Shown piece after piece: positions 27,574-35,607 of a stretch of 55,945 nucleotides of DNA. Source of the DNA: Eubacteriales bacterium (lineage in GTDB: Bacteria > Bacillota > Clostridia > Oscillospirales > CAG-272). Position numbers and translations under genes: made by a program. Positions within the stretch are counted from its first letter, which is position 1; each line of letters starts with the position of its first letter. The notes below the pieces were generated by a model. The model made no database searches. It worked only from the letters and a program-made list of their open reading frames with translations, and had not been told where the DNA came from. The stretch spans positions 1 through 55,945 of the forward strand of contig JAZRQR010000062.1 of assembly GCA_045650025.1 (NCBI GenBank), written 5' to 3'.

Positions 27574-27927
27574 TTACAGAGCAGCCTTAGCCTGCTCGCA
27601 CAGAGCGGTGAATGCAGCGGGATCGCTGATTGCGATCTCAGACAGCATCTTTCTGTTCAGGGTAACGTTTGCCTTCTTCAGACCGTTCATGAAGCTGGAG
27701 TAGTTCATGCCGTTTGCCTTGCAAGCTGCGGAGATTCTGGTGATCCACAGACGACGGAAGTCTCTCTTCTTCAGCTTTCTGCCGGCGAAAGCGTAGTTAC
27801 CGGACTTCATTACGGCTTGCTTAGCCATCTTGAAGTGCTTGGACTTAGCACCCCAGTAGCCCTTTGCAGCCTTCAGAACTTTATTTCTTCTCTTACGCGC
27901 CATCATAGCGCCCTTAACTCTTGCCAT
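27574..27927 (-). CDS. rplT: 50S ribosomal protein L20
   Basis: [26 protein letters not shown]... canonical L20 sequence. 117 aa. Confidence 0.97.
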   Translation of the reverse strand: MARVKGAMMARKRRNKVLKAAKGYWGAKSKHFKMAKQAVMKSGNYAFAGRKLKKRDFRRLWITRISAACKANGMNYSSFMNGLKKANVTLNRKMLSEIAISDPAAFTALCEQAKAAL

Positions 27928-27959
27928 TTTCTTATCCTCCTTCTGCTAATTTCTTCCGA

Positions 27960-28157
27960 TTACTTCTGAATCAGTTCTCTGATGTTTGCAGCGACCTTTG
28001 CGCTTGCGATGGTTGCACCGGTGCGCAGGTGTCTCTTTCTCTTCTGATCCTTAATGCCAAGCTTGTGGCGGTGGTGGCTGTGGTTCATCTTAACCTTGCC
28101 GGTACCGGTAACGGAAAATCTCTTAGCCGAAGCCTTGTGTGTCTTAACCTTTCCCAT
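27960..28157 (-). CDS. rpmI: 50S ribosomal protein L35
   Basis: [23 protein letters not shown]... Start moved to the ATG at 28157, preceded by GGAGAA. Confidence 0.95.
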   Translation of the reverse strand: MGKVKTHKASAKRFSVTGTGKVKMNHSHHRHKLGIKDQKRKRHLRTGATIASAKVAANIRELIQK

Positions 28158-28267
28158 TTTACTGTTTCTCCTTTTCAATTTTGATTGGTGTGCTCATTGG
28201 CACTATCATTTTTTCCTTGGGGCGCAATGGAAAGGGCGCACCTTTGGAATTATAAAATGAACGAAAA

Positions 28268-28795
28268 TTATTTCTTCTTCACGGGCGAGATGACCACGCT
28301 GAGCAGCTTACCGTTGAGAACGGGCTTCTTGTCGGTGGTGCCGAGATCCTGACAGTCTGCAATAAACTTGTCGATCATGTCCTTACCGAGCTGCTGATGG
28401 CTCATTTCACGGCCGTGGAAGACCAGAACGACCTTGACCTTGTTGCCCTGCTCTAAGAACTTACGGCCTCTCTTCATCTTGGTCTCGTAGTCGTGGGTGT
28501 CAATGCGGCAGGAAAGCTGAATTTCCTTGGTCTCAATGACCTGCTGCTTCTTCTTTGCTTCCTTTTCGCGCTTATCCTTTTCAAAGCGATATTTGCCGTA
28601 GTCCATGATCTTGCACACGGGGGGAACGGCGTCGGGCGACGACATCATAACCAGATCGAGAGATCTGTCATAAGCCATCTGCAGTGCCTGATCCGAGCTC
28701 ATAATGCCCAGCATTGCACCGTCATTGCCAATTACGCGGATCTGATCAAAGTTGATCTCCTCATTGATAAGCGTGTCTTTTTGATTGGTAGCGAT
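28268..28795 (-). CDS. infC: Translation initiation factor IF-3, with a non-canonical ATC start
   Basis: IF-3 sequence INEEINFDQIRVIGNDGAMLGIMSS...KEIQLSCRIDTHDYETK. GGAGGTG lies 7 nt upstream of the in-frame ATC at 28795..28793. The 32 upstream codons of the 207-aa ORF look non-protein-like. Confidence 0.85.
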   Translation of the reverse strand: MATNQKDTLINEEINFDQIRVIGNDGAMLGIMSSDQALQMAYDRSLDLVMMSSPDAVPPVCKIMDYGKYRFEKDKREKEAKKKQQVIETKEIQLSCRIDTHDYETKMKRGRKFLEQGNKVKVVLVFHGREMSHQQLGKDMIDKFIADCQDLGTTDKKPVLNGKLLSVVISPVKKK

Positions 28796-28946
28796 GGGTA
28801 AACACCTCCGGAAAATAAAAATCGTACAGAAGCAATTGCCCCCGTACGCCCACTGCACCGATTCCATCGGCACAAGAAAAGAGAATATCAACCCGTGCGC
28901 GCTCTTTGGCGGCAGGGTGGAAACCGAGGGGCTTCACTTCATTTAC
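28796..28946 (-). promoter_or_regulatory. infC operon leader with an intrinsic attenuator hairpin (candidate L20 leader)
   Basis: ~150-nt 5' UTR between the promoter and infC. Minus-sense hairpin CGTACGGGGGC-AATT-GCTTCTGTACG followed by ATTTTTATTTT (28812..28848), just upstream of the RBS. Confidence 0.45.
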
Positions 28947-28952
28947 CGCGCA

Positions 28953-28981
28953 ATTATACCACACCTTGCGCCGTTTGTCAA
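28953..28981 (-). promoter_or_regulatory. Sigma-A type promoter for infC-rpmI-rplT
   Basis: Minus-sense TTGACA, 17 nt, TGgTATAAT. Confidence 0.65.
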
Positions 28982-29051
28982 TAGGTATTCGAAATTTTTT
29001 TCGTGCCTTTATAAAAATACTGCGCAGCCTCAAAAAAGTGCACCAATCTCA

Positions 29052-29080
29052 TTGACACAAAATGCCCTGTATGATACAAT
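29052..29080 (+). promoter_or_regulatory. Sigma-A type promoter for 29115..31754
   Basis: TTGACA, 17 nt, TGaTACAAT. Divergent from the infC promoter. Confidence 0.6.
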
Positions 29081-29114
29081 ATATACAAATATGATACCGC
29101 AAAGGAGTTCACTT

Positions 29115-31754
29115 ATGAAAAAGCGCACACTCTTTCCCCTGCTGACCTCCGCGCTGCTTTGCACGCTGGTGCTGGCAGCCTGCATCACGGCAGCCATTCT
29201 TCCCGCAGCCGCGGTGGAGATCCCGGTCACGAACGGTACGGGCGGCACACGCAACGCCGTGCGCGTGGAGACCAACTTTGCCTACCGCGCCAAGGTGAAT
29301 GGCGAATTTACCGGATTTTCCTTCTCTATGCCCACTTGGACAGAGACCAACTGCGCATGCACGCTTGCCCTGTACAAATGGACGGGCGATCCCGTAGATT
29401 CCATGAAAGCAGAGCCCATTGCATCGGTTCGCATTGACCCCTTGCGCGACAATGCCACCAACCGTCTGGACTTTGCAGCACAGCCCGCAGGCGAATACCT
29501 GTTTGCCGTTGTGGACGTGCGCGGTACGGTGGGCGTTTGGACCAATACCGACGTGGAGGGTGGCAAGGGCTTTACGTATATTGACGGTAGCGAGAAAAAA
29601 TACGAGCCCGAACTCAAGATCACCTTTACAAGTGCTCCCGACGAGCCGTTCGGACAATGCGAGACCATTGAGGTTCCTGTAGACGGCAACCACACCTCTC
29701 CCGAGGAATACGTCATTCCGGAGGACAGCCTGATCTATACACACGAGGTTATGCCCGACACCTGGGTATTCACCGACGGTCTTGGACGCACCTCGCTGAC
29801 CAACGCCGAGGTAGGAAATCCCCGCGATGACAAAACGGTTGCCATCTTCTTCTGGACCTGGCATCTGGGCAGACCCAAGGTACTCAATATCAACGAGATC
29901 TCGGAGCAGTACCCCGAGGCCATCCGGGACCCCAACCATGAGGTTTGGCAGATCGGCAACTTCCAGGGCTCCTGGAACGAATCTGTTTACGGCTACTACG
30001 AAAGCACCGATACCTGGGTCATCCGCCGCCAGGGAGAGCTGCTTGCCAATGCCGGCATCGACGCCGTATTTACCGATAACACCAACAGCACCGCTACCCA
30101 CAAATCGGGCTACACTGCCCTGTTTGAATCCTGGTCGGACGCCATGGACGACGGCGTGCTGACTCCCAAGGTCTCCTTCATGATGCCCTTTGCGGGAGGC
30201 GCGGACACCAACACGCAGGTACGTGAGCTTTACATGGACTTTTACCGCTCCAGCGAATACCACAAGCTTTGGTTCTACTGGGAAGGCAAGCCCATGCTCA
30301 TGGCACGCAGCGAAGCCATCAGCGCAAGTGATAACGCCGGCAAGGAAATCAAGAAATTCTTTACCTGGCGCGGCGGCCAACCCGCTTACGAGGTCACCAG
30401 GACCAAGAATAAGGAGTGGGGCTGGCTCTCCACTTACCCGCAAGCAACCTACAGCGTATCCAGCAAGGACAAGACCAACGGCATTATCGAGCAGATCACG
30501 GTTGGCATTGCGCAAAACCATAACTACGCGCTGGACATGATCTCGGCAATGAGCGGCAACAACGTCATGGGGCGCTCCTACACGCACGATTACGAAAACC
30601 GCTACGAAGTGGAAGGCAAGGAAGCCTCCAAGTGGGGCTACAACTTCGCAGAGCAATTCAACTACGCTCTGGAGATCGACCCCAAGGTCATCTTCATCAC
30701 GGGCTGGAACGAATGGGCAATGGCACGCATCGACGGCTGGCCCAGCGGATACGCATCCGCCGTCACCAACGCGTTCTGCGACCAGTACAACGACGAATTC
30801 TCGCGCGATATCGAGCCCACCAAGGGCGACCTCAAGGACCATTACTATTACCAGATGGTCAACTTTATCCGTCAGTACAAGGGCGTACGTCCCATCCCCA
30901 CGCCCGGCACTATGGTAACGATTGATATTTCCAAGGATAACGCGCAATGGAGCGCGGTGAAACCCTACTACGCCGCCTACATCGGCAACACCGGTGACCG
31001 CGAGGGCGACGGCTGGGGTGAGCTGACCTACCACGAATACTCCGGCAGAAACGACATCATCGGTGCACGCGTGGCAAGAGACGCTGACTACGTTTACTTC
31101 TACGTAGAGTGCAACGAGGATATCACCCCCTACACCGATCCTTTGTGGATGGTACTGTATCTGGACACCAATCAAAACAACCAGGGCTGGGAGACCTTTG
31201 ACTTTGTCATCAACAAGACCTCTCCCACCGCCACCAAGGCATACTTGGAAAAGTTCACAGGCAACGGCTACGACACCGAGGCAGTGTGCGAGGTAGACTA
31301 CACCGTCAGCGGCAGCTACATGCAGATCAAAGTGCCCAAGAACGCACTGGAGCTTGCAGACTACGACTTCACCATCAACTTTGCCTGGACCGACAACGTG
31401 CACGACGAAGCAGATCAAGGCGCGTACGGCGAGAGCGGCTACGTGTACACCACCTTCTCGGGCGATATTATGGACTTCTACATCTCGGGCGACGTAGCAC
31501 CCTCGGGTCGTTTCAAGTACAGCTACGTCTCGACCAAGGAAAACGCTCTTGGCCCCGAAGCCTCTGAAACGGTGACGGCAGAGCCTGACACCGCTCCCGC
31601 AGAGGATGACGCAACCACCGAGCAGATGCCCGAAACCGACGCCGAGACCGACGCCGAGCAGGCGGGCGGCTGCAAATCGCTGCTGAGCATTGGTGCATTT
31701 GCACTCCTGCTCCCCGCAGCAGTCTTGACCATAATCACCAAAAAGAAAAAGTAA
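29115..31754 (+). CDS. Secreted, C-terminally anchored protein with a putative glycoside-hydrolase-like (TIM-barrel) core
   Basis: ORF 28785..31754 trimmed to the ATG at 29115 (MKKRTLFPLLTSALLCTLVLAA signal peptide, RBS AAAGGAG). ITGWNEW and FFWTWHLG motifs are reminiscent of GH71/GH99-like folds (weak). Acidic linker then GGCKS-TM-KKKK at the C-terminus. Confidence 0.6.
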   Translation: MKKRTLFPLLTSALLCTLVLAACITAAILPAAAVEIPVTNGTGGTRNAVRVETNFAYRAKVNGEFTGFSFSMPTWTETNCACTLALYKWTGDPVDSMKAEPIASVRIDPLRDNATNRLDFAAQPAGEYLFAVVDVRGTVGVWTNTDVEGGKGFTYIDGSEKKYEPELKITFTSAPDEPFGQCETIEVPVDGNHTSPEEYVIPEDSLIYTHEVMPDTWVFTDGLGRTSLTNAEVGNPRDDKTVAIFFWTWHLGRPKVLNINEISEQYPEAIRDPNHEVWQIGNFQGSWNESVYGYYESTDTWVIRRQGELLANAGIDAVFTDNTNSTATHKSGYTALFESWSDAMDDGVLTPKVSFMMPFAGGADTNTQVRELYMDFYRSSEYHKLWFYWEGKPMLMARSEAISASDNAGKEIKKFFTWRGGQPAYEVTRTKNKEWGWLSTYPQATYSVSSKDKTNGIIEQITVGIAQNHNYALDMISAMSGNNVMGRSYTHDYENRYEVEGKEASKWGYNFAEQFNYALEIDPKVIFITGWNEWAMARIDGWPSGYASAVTNAFCDQYNDEFSRDIEPTKGDLKDHYYYQMVNFIRQYKGVRPIPTPGTMVTIDISKDNAQWSAVKPYYAAYIGNTGDREGDGWGELTYHEYSGRNDIIGARVARDADYVYFYVECNEDITPYTDPLWMVLYLDTNQNNQGWETFDFVINKTSPTATKAYLEKFTGNGYDTEAVCEVDYTVSGSYMQIKVPKNALELADYDFTINFAWTDNVHDEADQGAYGESGYVYTTFSGDIMDFYISGDVAPSGRFKYSYVSTKENALGPEASETVTAEPDTAPAEDDATTEQMPETDAETDAEQAGGCKSLLSIGAFALLLPAAVLTIITKKKK

Positions 31755-31761
31755 TTTCCCG

Positions 31762-31800
31762 GCAGCCGCAAGACAAGAGTGCTTGCGGCTGCTTTTCTCT
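31762..31800 (+). terminator. Rho-independent terminator after 29115..31754
   Basis: Stem GCAGCCGCAAG/CTTGCGGCTGC followed by TTTTCTCTCTTCTTTT. Confidence 0.7.
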
Positions 31801-31951
31801 CTTCTTTTGCGGCGGCAAAACGAACAGTTGTTCAGTACGACATGCATGTCTATCGGGAAAATAGCCAAAATAATTTGCAAAAATCACGGCTATTTTCTCA
31901 CCCGTAGTCCTTTTCACGAAATATCTCGCCAAAAATCGTCAACTTTGCCAA

Positions 31952-31980
31952 TTTACAAAATGCGACTTGTGCGGTATAAT
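31952..31980 (+). promoter_or_regulatory. Sigma-A type promoter with no downstream CDS (drives the candidate sRNA)
   Basis: TTTACA, 17 nt, TATAAT. Confidence 0.5.
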
Positions 31981-31986
31981 AATCTT

Positions 31987-32169
31987 GCTCGACGGAAGCA
32001 GGACGTTCCGTCGTTTGAGGCAGCTCAAGTCGGACTTTGCGGAATATCAATCTCATGATATAAAGCGTGCAAAGACGCCAAATGTTGTTCCTCACTCTGC
32101 TTTGCTTGCATAGGACGTTTTGGCAAGCAGGCTCGGAAGCGGGATCGGTTTACACCGATTCCGTTTTTT
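31987..32169 (+). ncRNA. Candidate ~180-nt structured small RNA, family not recognised
   Basis: Bounded by the promoter at 31952..31980 and an intrinsic terminator (stem 32140..32148/32155..32163 with one G-U, then TTTTTT). Several internal hairpins. No RBS-preceded ORF. Confidence 0.35.
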
Positions 32170-32272
32170 CTTTGTATCAGGATGGCGCGCTCAAGCGCTT
32201 TTTTTATGCTTTTTTTGAAAAAAACTATATTATAATTGTAAATAAACCTTGAAACATATAGCATTTCCCGCA

Positions 32273-32287
32273 CAGTTGTGCTATAAT
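32273..32287 (+). promoter_or_regulatory. Extended -10 promoter candidate for lon
   Basis: TGcTATAAT at 32279..32287, with no good -35. Confidence 0.4.
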
Positions 32288-32369
32288 GTTATGTTGATAT
32301 AGTATTATCCCGTCCTCGCGACGTCATATATATCGCACTACCCCAAAATCGAAAGGAACACTATCAGCT

Positions 32370-34814
32370 ATGTCGTCTTACATAGAAAAAGCCGAAATGA
32401 TGACCATGCCCGTAATCGCCTTGCGCGGTATTGTTGCATTCCCCGGCGCCACCATCAATTTTGATATTGCCCAGGATAGCTTTGGCTCTGCGCATGCAGC
32501 AAAGCTTGCCGCACAAGGGTCGCTGCCCGTGCTTTTGGTGACTTTGCGTAATCCCGGTGAGCCCGATGGCGGCGAGCCCTCGCTTGCCAAGCTGCACCGC
32601 GTTGGCACAGTTGCCAAGATCCGTCAGCTGGTCAAGTCGGCTGACGGTCAGAACCGCGCCATTGCCGTAGGTATGTCGCGCGGCATGATCTCTGCCCTGC
32701 ACCCCACCGAGGATGCTACCTATGCCGAGGTCATGTGCAAATCCTACACACTCAAGGACAACGGCGGCATCCGCGCCGAGGCACTCATGCGTCAGGCGCT
32801 GACATCTATGGAGCGCGTGGTGCGCCACCTGCCCGCCTCGGGTGAGGAGCTTATGCACGCGGCGCGCGCGCTTAAGGATCCCGGCATGCTTGCCGATATG
32901 ATCGCTGCCAACGTGCTGCTGCGCTCCGAGGATAAGCAGACCATTCTGGAATGCTTTGACCCCATGATCCGTATTGAGACCGTGACCATGATGCTGGATC
33001 ACGAGGCAGAGGTACTGGAATGTGATGCCATGATCAACGCGCGCGTGCGTGAGCGCATTGCCAGACACCAGAAGGAATACTACATGCGCGAGCAGATCCG
33101 CACCCTGCAGGAGGAGCTTGGCGAGGGTGACAACGAGATCTGGGAAAACAAAAAGCGCATTGAACAGGCGCATCTGCCCGAGGAGGTAGAGAAAAAGCTG
33201 CTCAAGGAAAACGATCGCCTTTCCCGCACCCCCTTCGGCTCTGCGGAAGCAGGCGTGCTGGAGAATTACCTGGACGTTTGCCTCTCCCTGCCCTGGAACA
33301 AGACCACCAAGGACCGCATCAGCATCTCTGCTGCCAAGAAGGTACTGGATGCCGATCACGACGGCATGGAAAAGGTCAAGGAGCGCATTCTTGAGTTCCT
33401 TGCGGTCAAGCAGCTCTCCCCCGAGCTTAAAAATCAGATCATTTGCTTAGTCGGCCCTCCCGGCGTGGGCAAGACCTCGGTTGCCGCGTCCATCGCGCGT
33501 GCCATGAAGCGCAAGTACGTACGCGTTTCTCTGGGCGGCGTGCGTGACGAGGCGGATATCCGCGGTCACAGAAAGACCTATATCGGCGCTATGCCCGGCA
33601 GAATTATCGACGCCCTTTCCCGTGCGGGCGTGCGCAATCCGCTCATCCTGCTTGACGAGATCGACAAGCTCTCGATCAGCGCACACGGTGACCCCTCCTC
33701 CGCACTTCTGGAGGTGCTGGATCCCGAGCAGAACAAATTCTTCCGCGACCACTTTGTGGAGCTGCCCTTCGACCTTTCGGATTGCCTTTTCATTGCAACC
33801 GCCAATACCCTGGAGACCGTACCGCGCCCCTTGATCGACCGTATGGAGATCATTGAGCTTAAGACCTACACTAAGAGTGAGAAGCGCAGCATTGCAAAAA
33901 ATCACCTGATCCCCAAGCAGCTGAAAAGACACGGACTCTCCGCGCGTACGGTAAAACTGACCGACGCTGCCGTGGACGAGCTGATTGAATACTACACCCG
34001 CGAGGCAGGCGTGCGTAATCTGGAGCGCATCATCGCAGACCTGTGCCGTAAGGCGGCAAAGCAGCTGGTGGAGACCGAAGCCAAGCGCATTACCGTTGAC
34101 GCCTGCGACATAGCCGGCTATCTTGGCCCGCGCAAGCGCTTGCCCGACGCGATCTCGCCCGTGGACGAGGTGGGCGAGGTCAACGGCCTTGCCTGGACAG
34201 AGGTGGGCGGTGACGTGCTGCGCGTGGAGGTTGCCGTGACCGACGGCACCGGCAAGATCGAGCTGACCGGCTCGCTGGGCGACGTGATGAAGGAAAGCGC
34301 CAAGGCAGCGCTGACCTACGTGCGCTCGGTTGCCACCACCTACGGCATTCCCACCGACTTTTACACCAAAAAGGATATTCACGTGCACGTACCCGAGGGT
34401 GCTGTGCCCAAGGACGGCCCCAGCGCAGGCGTGACCATGGCAACCGCTATGATCAGCGCGCTATCCGGCATTCCCGTACGCCGCAACGTTGCCATGACCG
34501 GTGAGATCACGCTGCGCGGCAGAGTGCTTGCTATTGGCGGCTTAAAAGAAAAAACGCTTGCCGCTTACGCAGCGGGAGCGGACACCGTGTGCATTCCCGC
34601 CGATAACATGCGCGACATGCACGAGCTTGATCCCGAGGTCAAGCAGCACGTGCGCTTTGTGCCCTGCAGCCGCATGGAGGACGTACTCGCCGTGGCGCTG
34701 GCACGCCCCGAGGCAGGCGAGACCGTCTCTGCTTCCCCCGAAATTTCCCACTACATTCCCGTAGCTACGGACGCTGTGCGCGCACCCGCTACGTCGTTTA
34801 CAGAGGTAAAATAA
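32370..34814 (+). CDS. lon: ATP-dependent Lon protease
   Basis: 814 aa. GPPGVGKTS Walker A, LLDEIDK Walker [15 protein letters not shown] catalytic Ser region. Confidence 0.95.
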   Translation: MSSYIEKAEMMTMPVIALRGIVAFPGATINFDIAQDSFGSAHAAKLAAQGSLPVLLVTLRNPGEPDGGEPSLAKLHRVGTVAKIRQLVKSADGQNRAIAVGMSRGMISALHPTEDATYAEVMCKSYTLKDNGGIRAEALMRQALTSMERVVRHLPASGEELMHAARALKDPGMLADMIAANVLLRSEDKQTILECFDPMIRIETVTMMLDHEAEVLECDAMINARVRERIARHQKEYYMREQIRTLQEELGEGDNEIWENKKRIEQAHLPEEVEKKLLKENDRLSRTPFGSAEAGVLENYLDVCLSLPWNKTTKDRISISAAKKVLDADHDGMEKVKERILEFLAVKQLSPELKNQIICLVGPPGVGKTSVAASIARAMKRKYVRVSLGGVRDEADIRGHRKTYIGAMPGRIIDALSRAGVRNPLILLDEIDKLSISAHGDPSSALLEVLDPEQNKFFRDHFVELPFDLSDCLFIATANTLETVPRPLIDRMEIIELKTYTKSEKRSIAKNHLIPKQLKRHGLSARTVKLTDAAVDELIEYYTREAGVRNLERIIADLCRKAAKQLVETEAKRITVDACDIAGYLGPRKRLPDAISPVDEVGEVNGLAWTEVGGDVLRVEVAVTDGTGKIELTGSLGDVMKESAKAALTYVRSVATTYGIPTDFYTKKDIHVHVPEGAVPKDGPSAGVTMATAMISALSGIPVRRNVAMTGEITLRGRVLAIGGLKEKTLAAYAAGADTVCIPADNMRDMHELDPEVKQHVRFVPCSRMEDVLAVALARPEAGETVSASPEISHYIPVATDAVRAPATSFTEVK

Positions 34815-35428
34815 TGGCTTTGATGACACAAAACTCCCAGCTGCAGATCAGCGCGGGACTTGCCAAGCAGTTCCCCACCAATCCCATTCCCCAGGTCGCC
34901 TTTTCGGGGCGCTCCAACGTGGGCAAGAGCTCGCTGCTCAACACGCTCCTTGGCAGAAAATCCTTGGCGCGCGTTTCCTCCGCGCCGGGTAAGACCATTA
35001 CGGTCAATTTCTACAACGTCGATAAAAAACTGTTTCTGGTCGACCTGCCCGGCTACGGCTTTGCAGCCCGTAACCCTGCGGATAAGGAAAAATGGTCGAC
35101 CCTGACCGACGGCTACTTCACCAATAATCCCAACGTGGATCTGCTTTGTCTGGTGCTGCAGCTGGTGGACAGCCGCGTGGGTCTGACGCGTGACGACGAG
35201 ATGATGGTGGATTTTCTCAACCAGAGCGGCATTCCCTACGCCATCGTTGCCACCAAGGTAGACAAGCTCAACAAGACCGAGCGAGAAAAGAACCTGGCAG
35301 CTCTCGCTTCGCACAAGCTCATCAAGCTCGGCACGCCCATCATTCCGTTCTCTTCCTTGAAGGGCGAGGGCAAAAACGAGGTCTGGAAGGTCATCTGCTC
35401 ACACGCGGATCTTCCTACCCCCAACTGA
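34814..35428 (+). CDS. engB: Ribosome biogenesis GTPase EngB/YsxC
   Basis: FSGRSNVGKSSLLN G1 motif, DLPGYG G3, TKVDK G4. 1-nt overlap with the lon stop, as in the conserved lon-engB pair. Confidence 0.92.
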   Translation: MALMTQNSQLQISAGLAKQFPTNPIPQVAFSGRSNVGKSSLLNTLLGRKSLARVSSAPGKTITVNFYNVDKKLFLVDLPGYGFAARNPADKEKWSTLTDGYFTNNPNVDLLCLVLQLVDSRVGLTRDDEMMVDFLNQSGIPYAIVATKVDKLNKTEREKNLAALASHKLIKLGTPIIPFSSLKGEGKNEVWKVICSHADLPTPN

Positions 35429-35437
35429 CGTTGGGGT

Positions 35438-35564
35438 GAAATATTTCGCTGCGCGAAATGTGAAATGTTTGCCTTTGGCAAACGTGAAATCCGCACTGCG
35501 TGCGGGTGAAATATTGCGCCCCCGGCGCAATGTTGTGGAAGAAATTTGCCCCCAGGCAAATTTC
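35438..35564 (+). repeat. Tandem hairpin array: four GAA-linked stem-loops with 3-nt loops, plus a fifth 10-bp hairpin
   Basis: H1 35441..35461, H2 35465..35485, H3 35489..35507, H4 35511..35533, H5 35541..35564. GAA at 35438, 35462, 35486 and 35508. Each of H1-H4 is closed by A-U then U-G pairs. Inner stems differ in sequence. Confidence 0.8.
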
Positions 35565-35607
35565 GGATTTTATTGAAATTTCCATTCTCTGATTTCGAGG
35601 TATTACC

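Noticed and set aside
28796-28891. N-terminal 32 codons of the 207-aa infC ORF
   Set aside because: The sequence (MIFSFLVPMESVQWAYGGNCFCTIFIFRRCLP) is not IF-3-like and overlaps the leader terminator hairpin. A strong RBS is positioned for the ATC at 28795.
29109-31880. 923-aa minus-strand ORF opposite 29115..31754
   Set aside because: Same reasoning. The plus strand has a promoter, an RBS, a signal peptide and a terminator. The antisense product is low-complexity and spans the terminator hairpin.
32067-32252. 61-aa ORF inside the lon upstream spacer
   Set aside because: It has a GTG start without an RBS, crosses the intrinsic terminator at 32140..32169, and its composition is AT-rich spacer-like. 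The region is better explained as non-coding RNA plus the lon promoter.
28900-32370. Minus-to-plus strand switch considered as a replication origin
   Set aside because: I saw no dnaA, dnaN or cluster of DnaA boxes (TTATCCACA-like). Minus-strand genes reappear further right (fadD-like, tpiA, pgk). The divergence is explained by ordinary divergent promoters.
35438-35564. Hairpin array considered as a CRISPR array, lysine L-box riboswitch or terminator cluster
   Set aside because: The repeated unit is only a 7-nt GTGAAAT junction with 15-19 nt palindromic inserts. CRISPR arrays have ~28-37 nt repeats with non-palindromic spacers, and there are no cas genes. The conserved L-box core is not visible. 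No hairpin is followed by a T-tract. It is kept as an unexplained structure in the findings.
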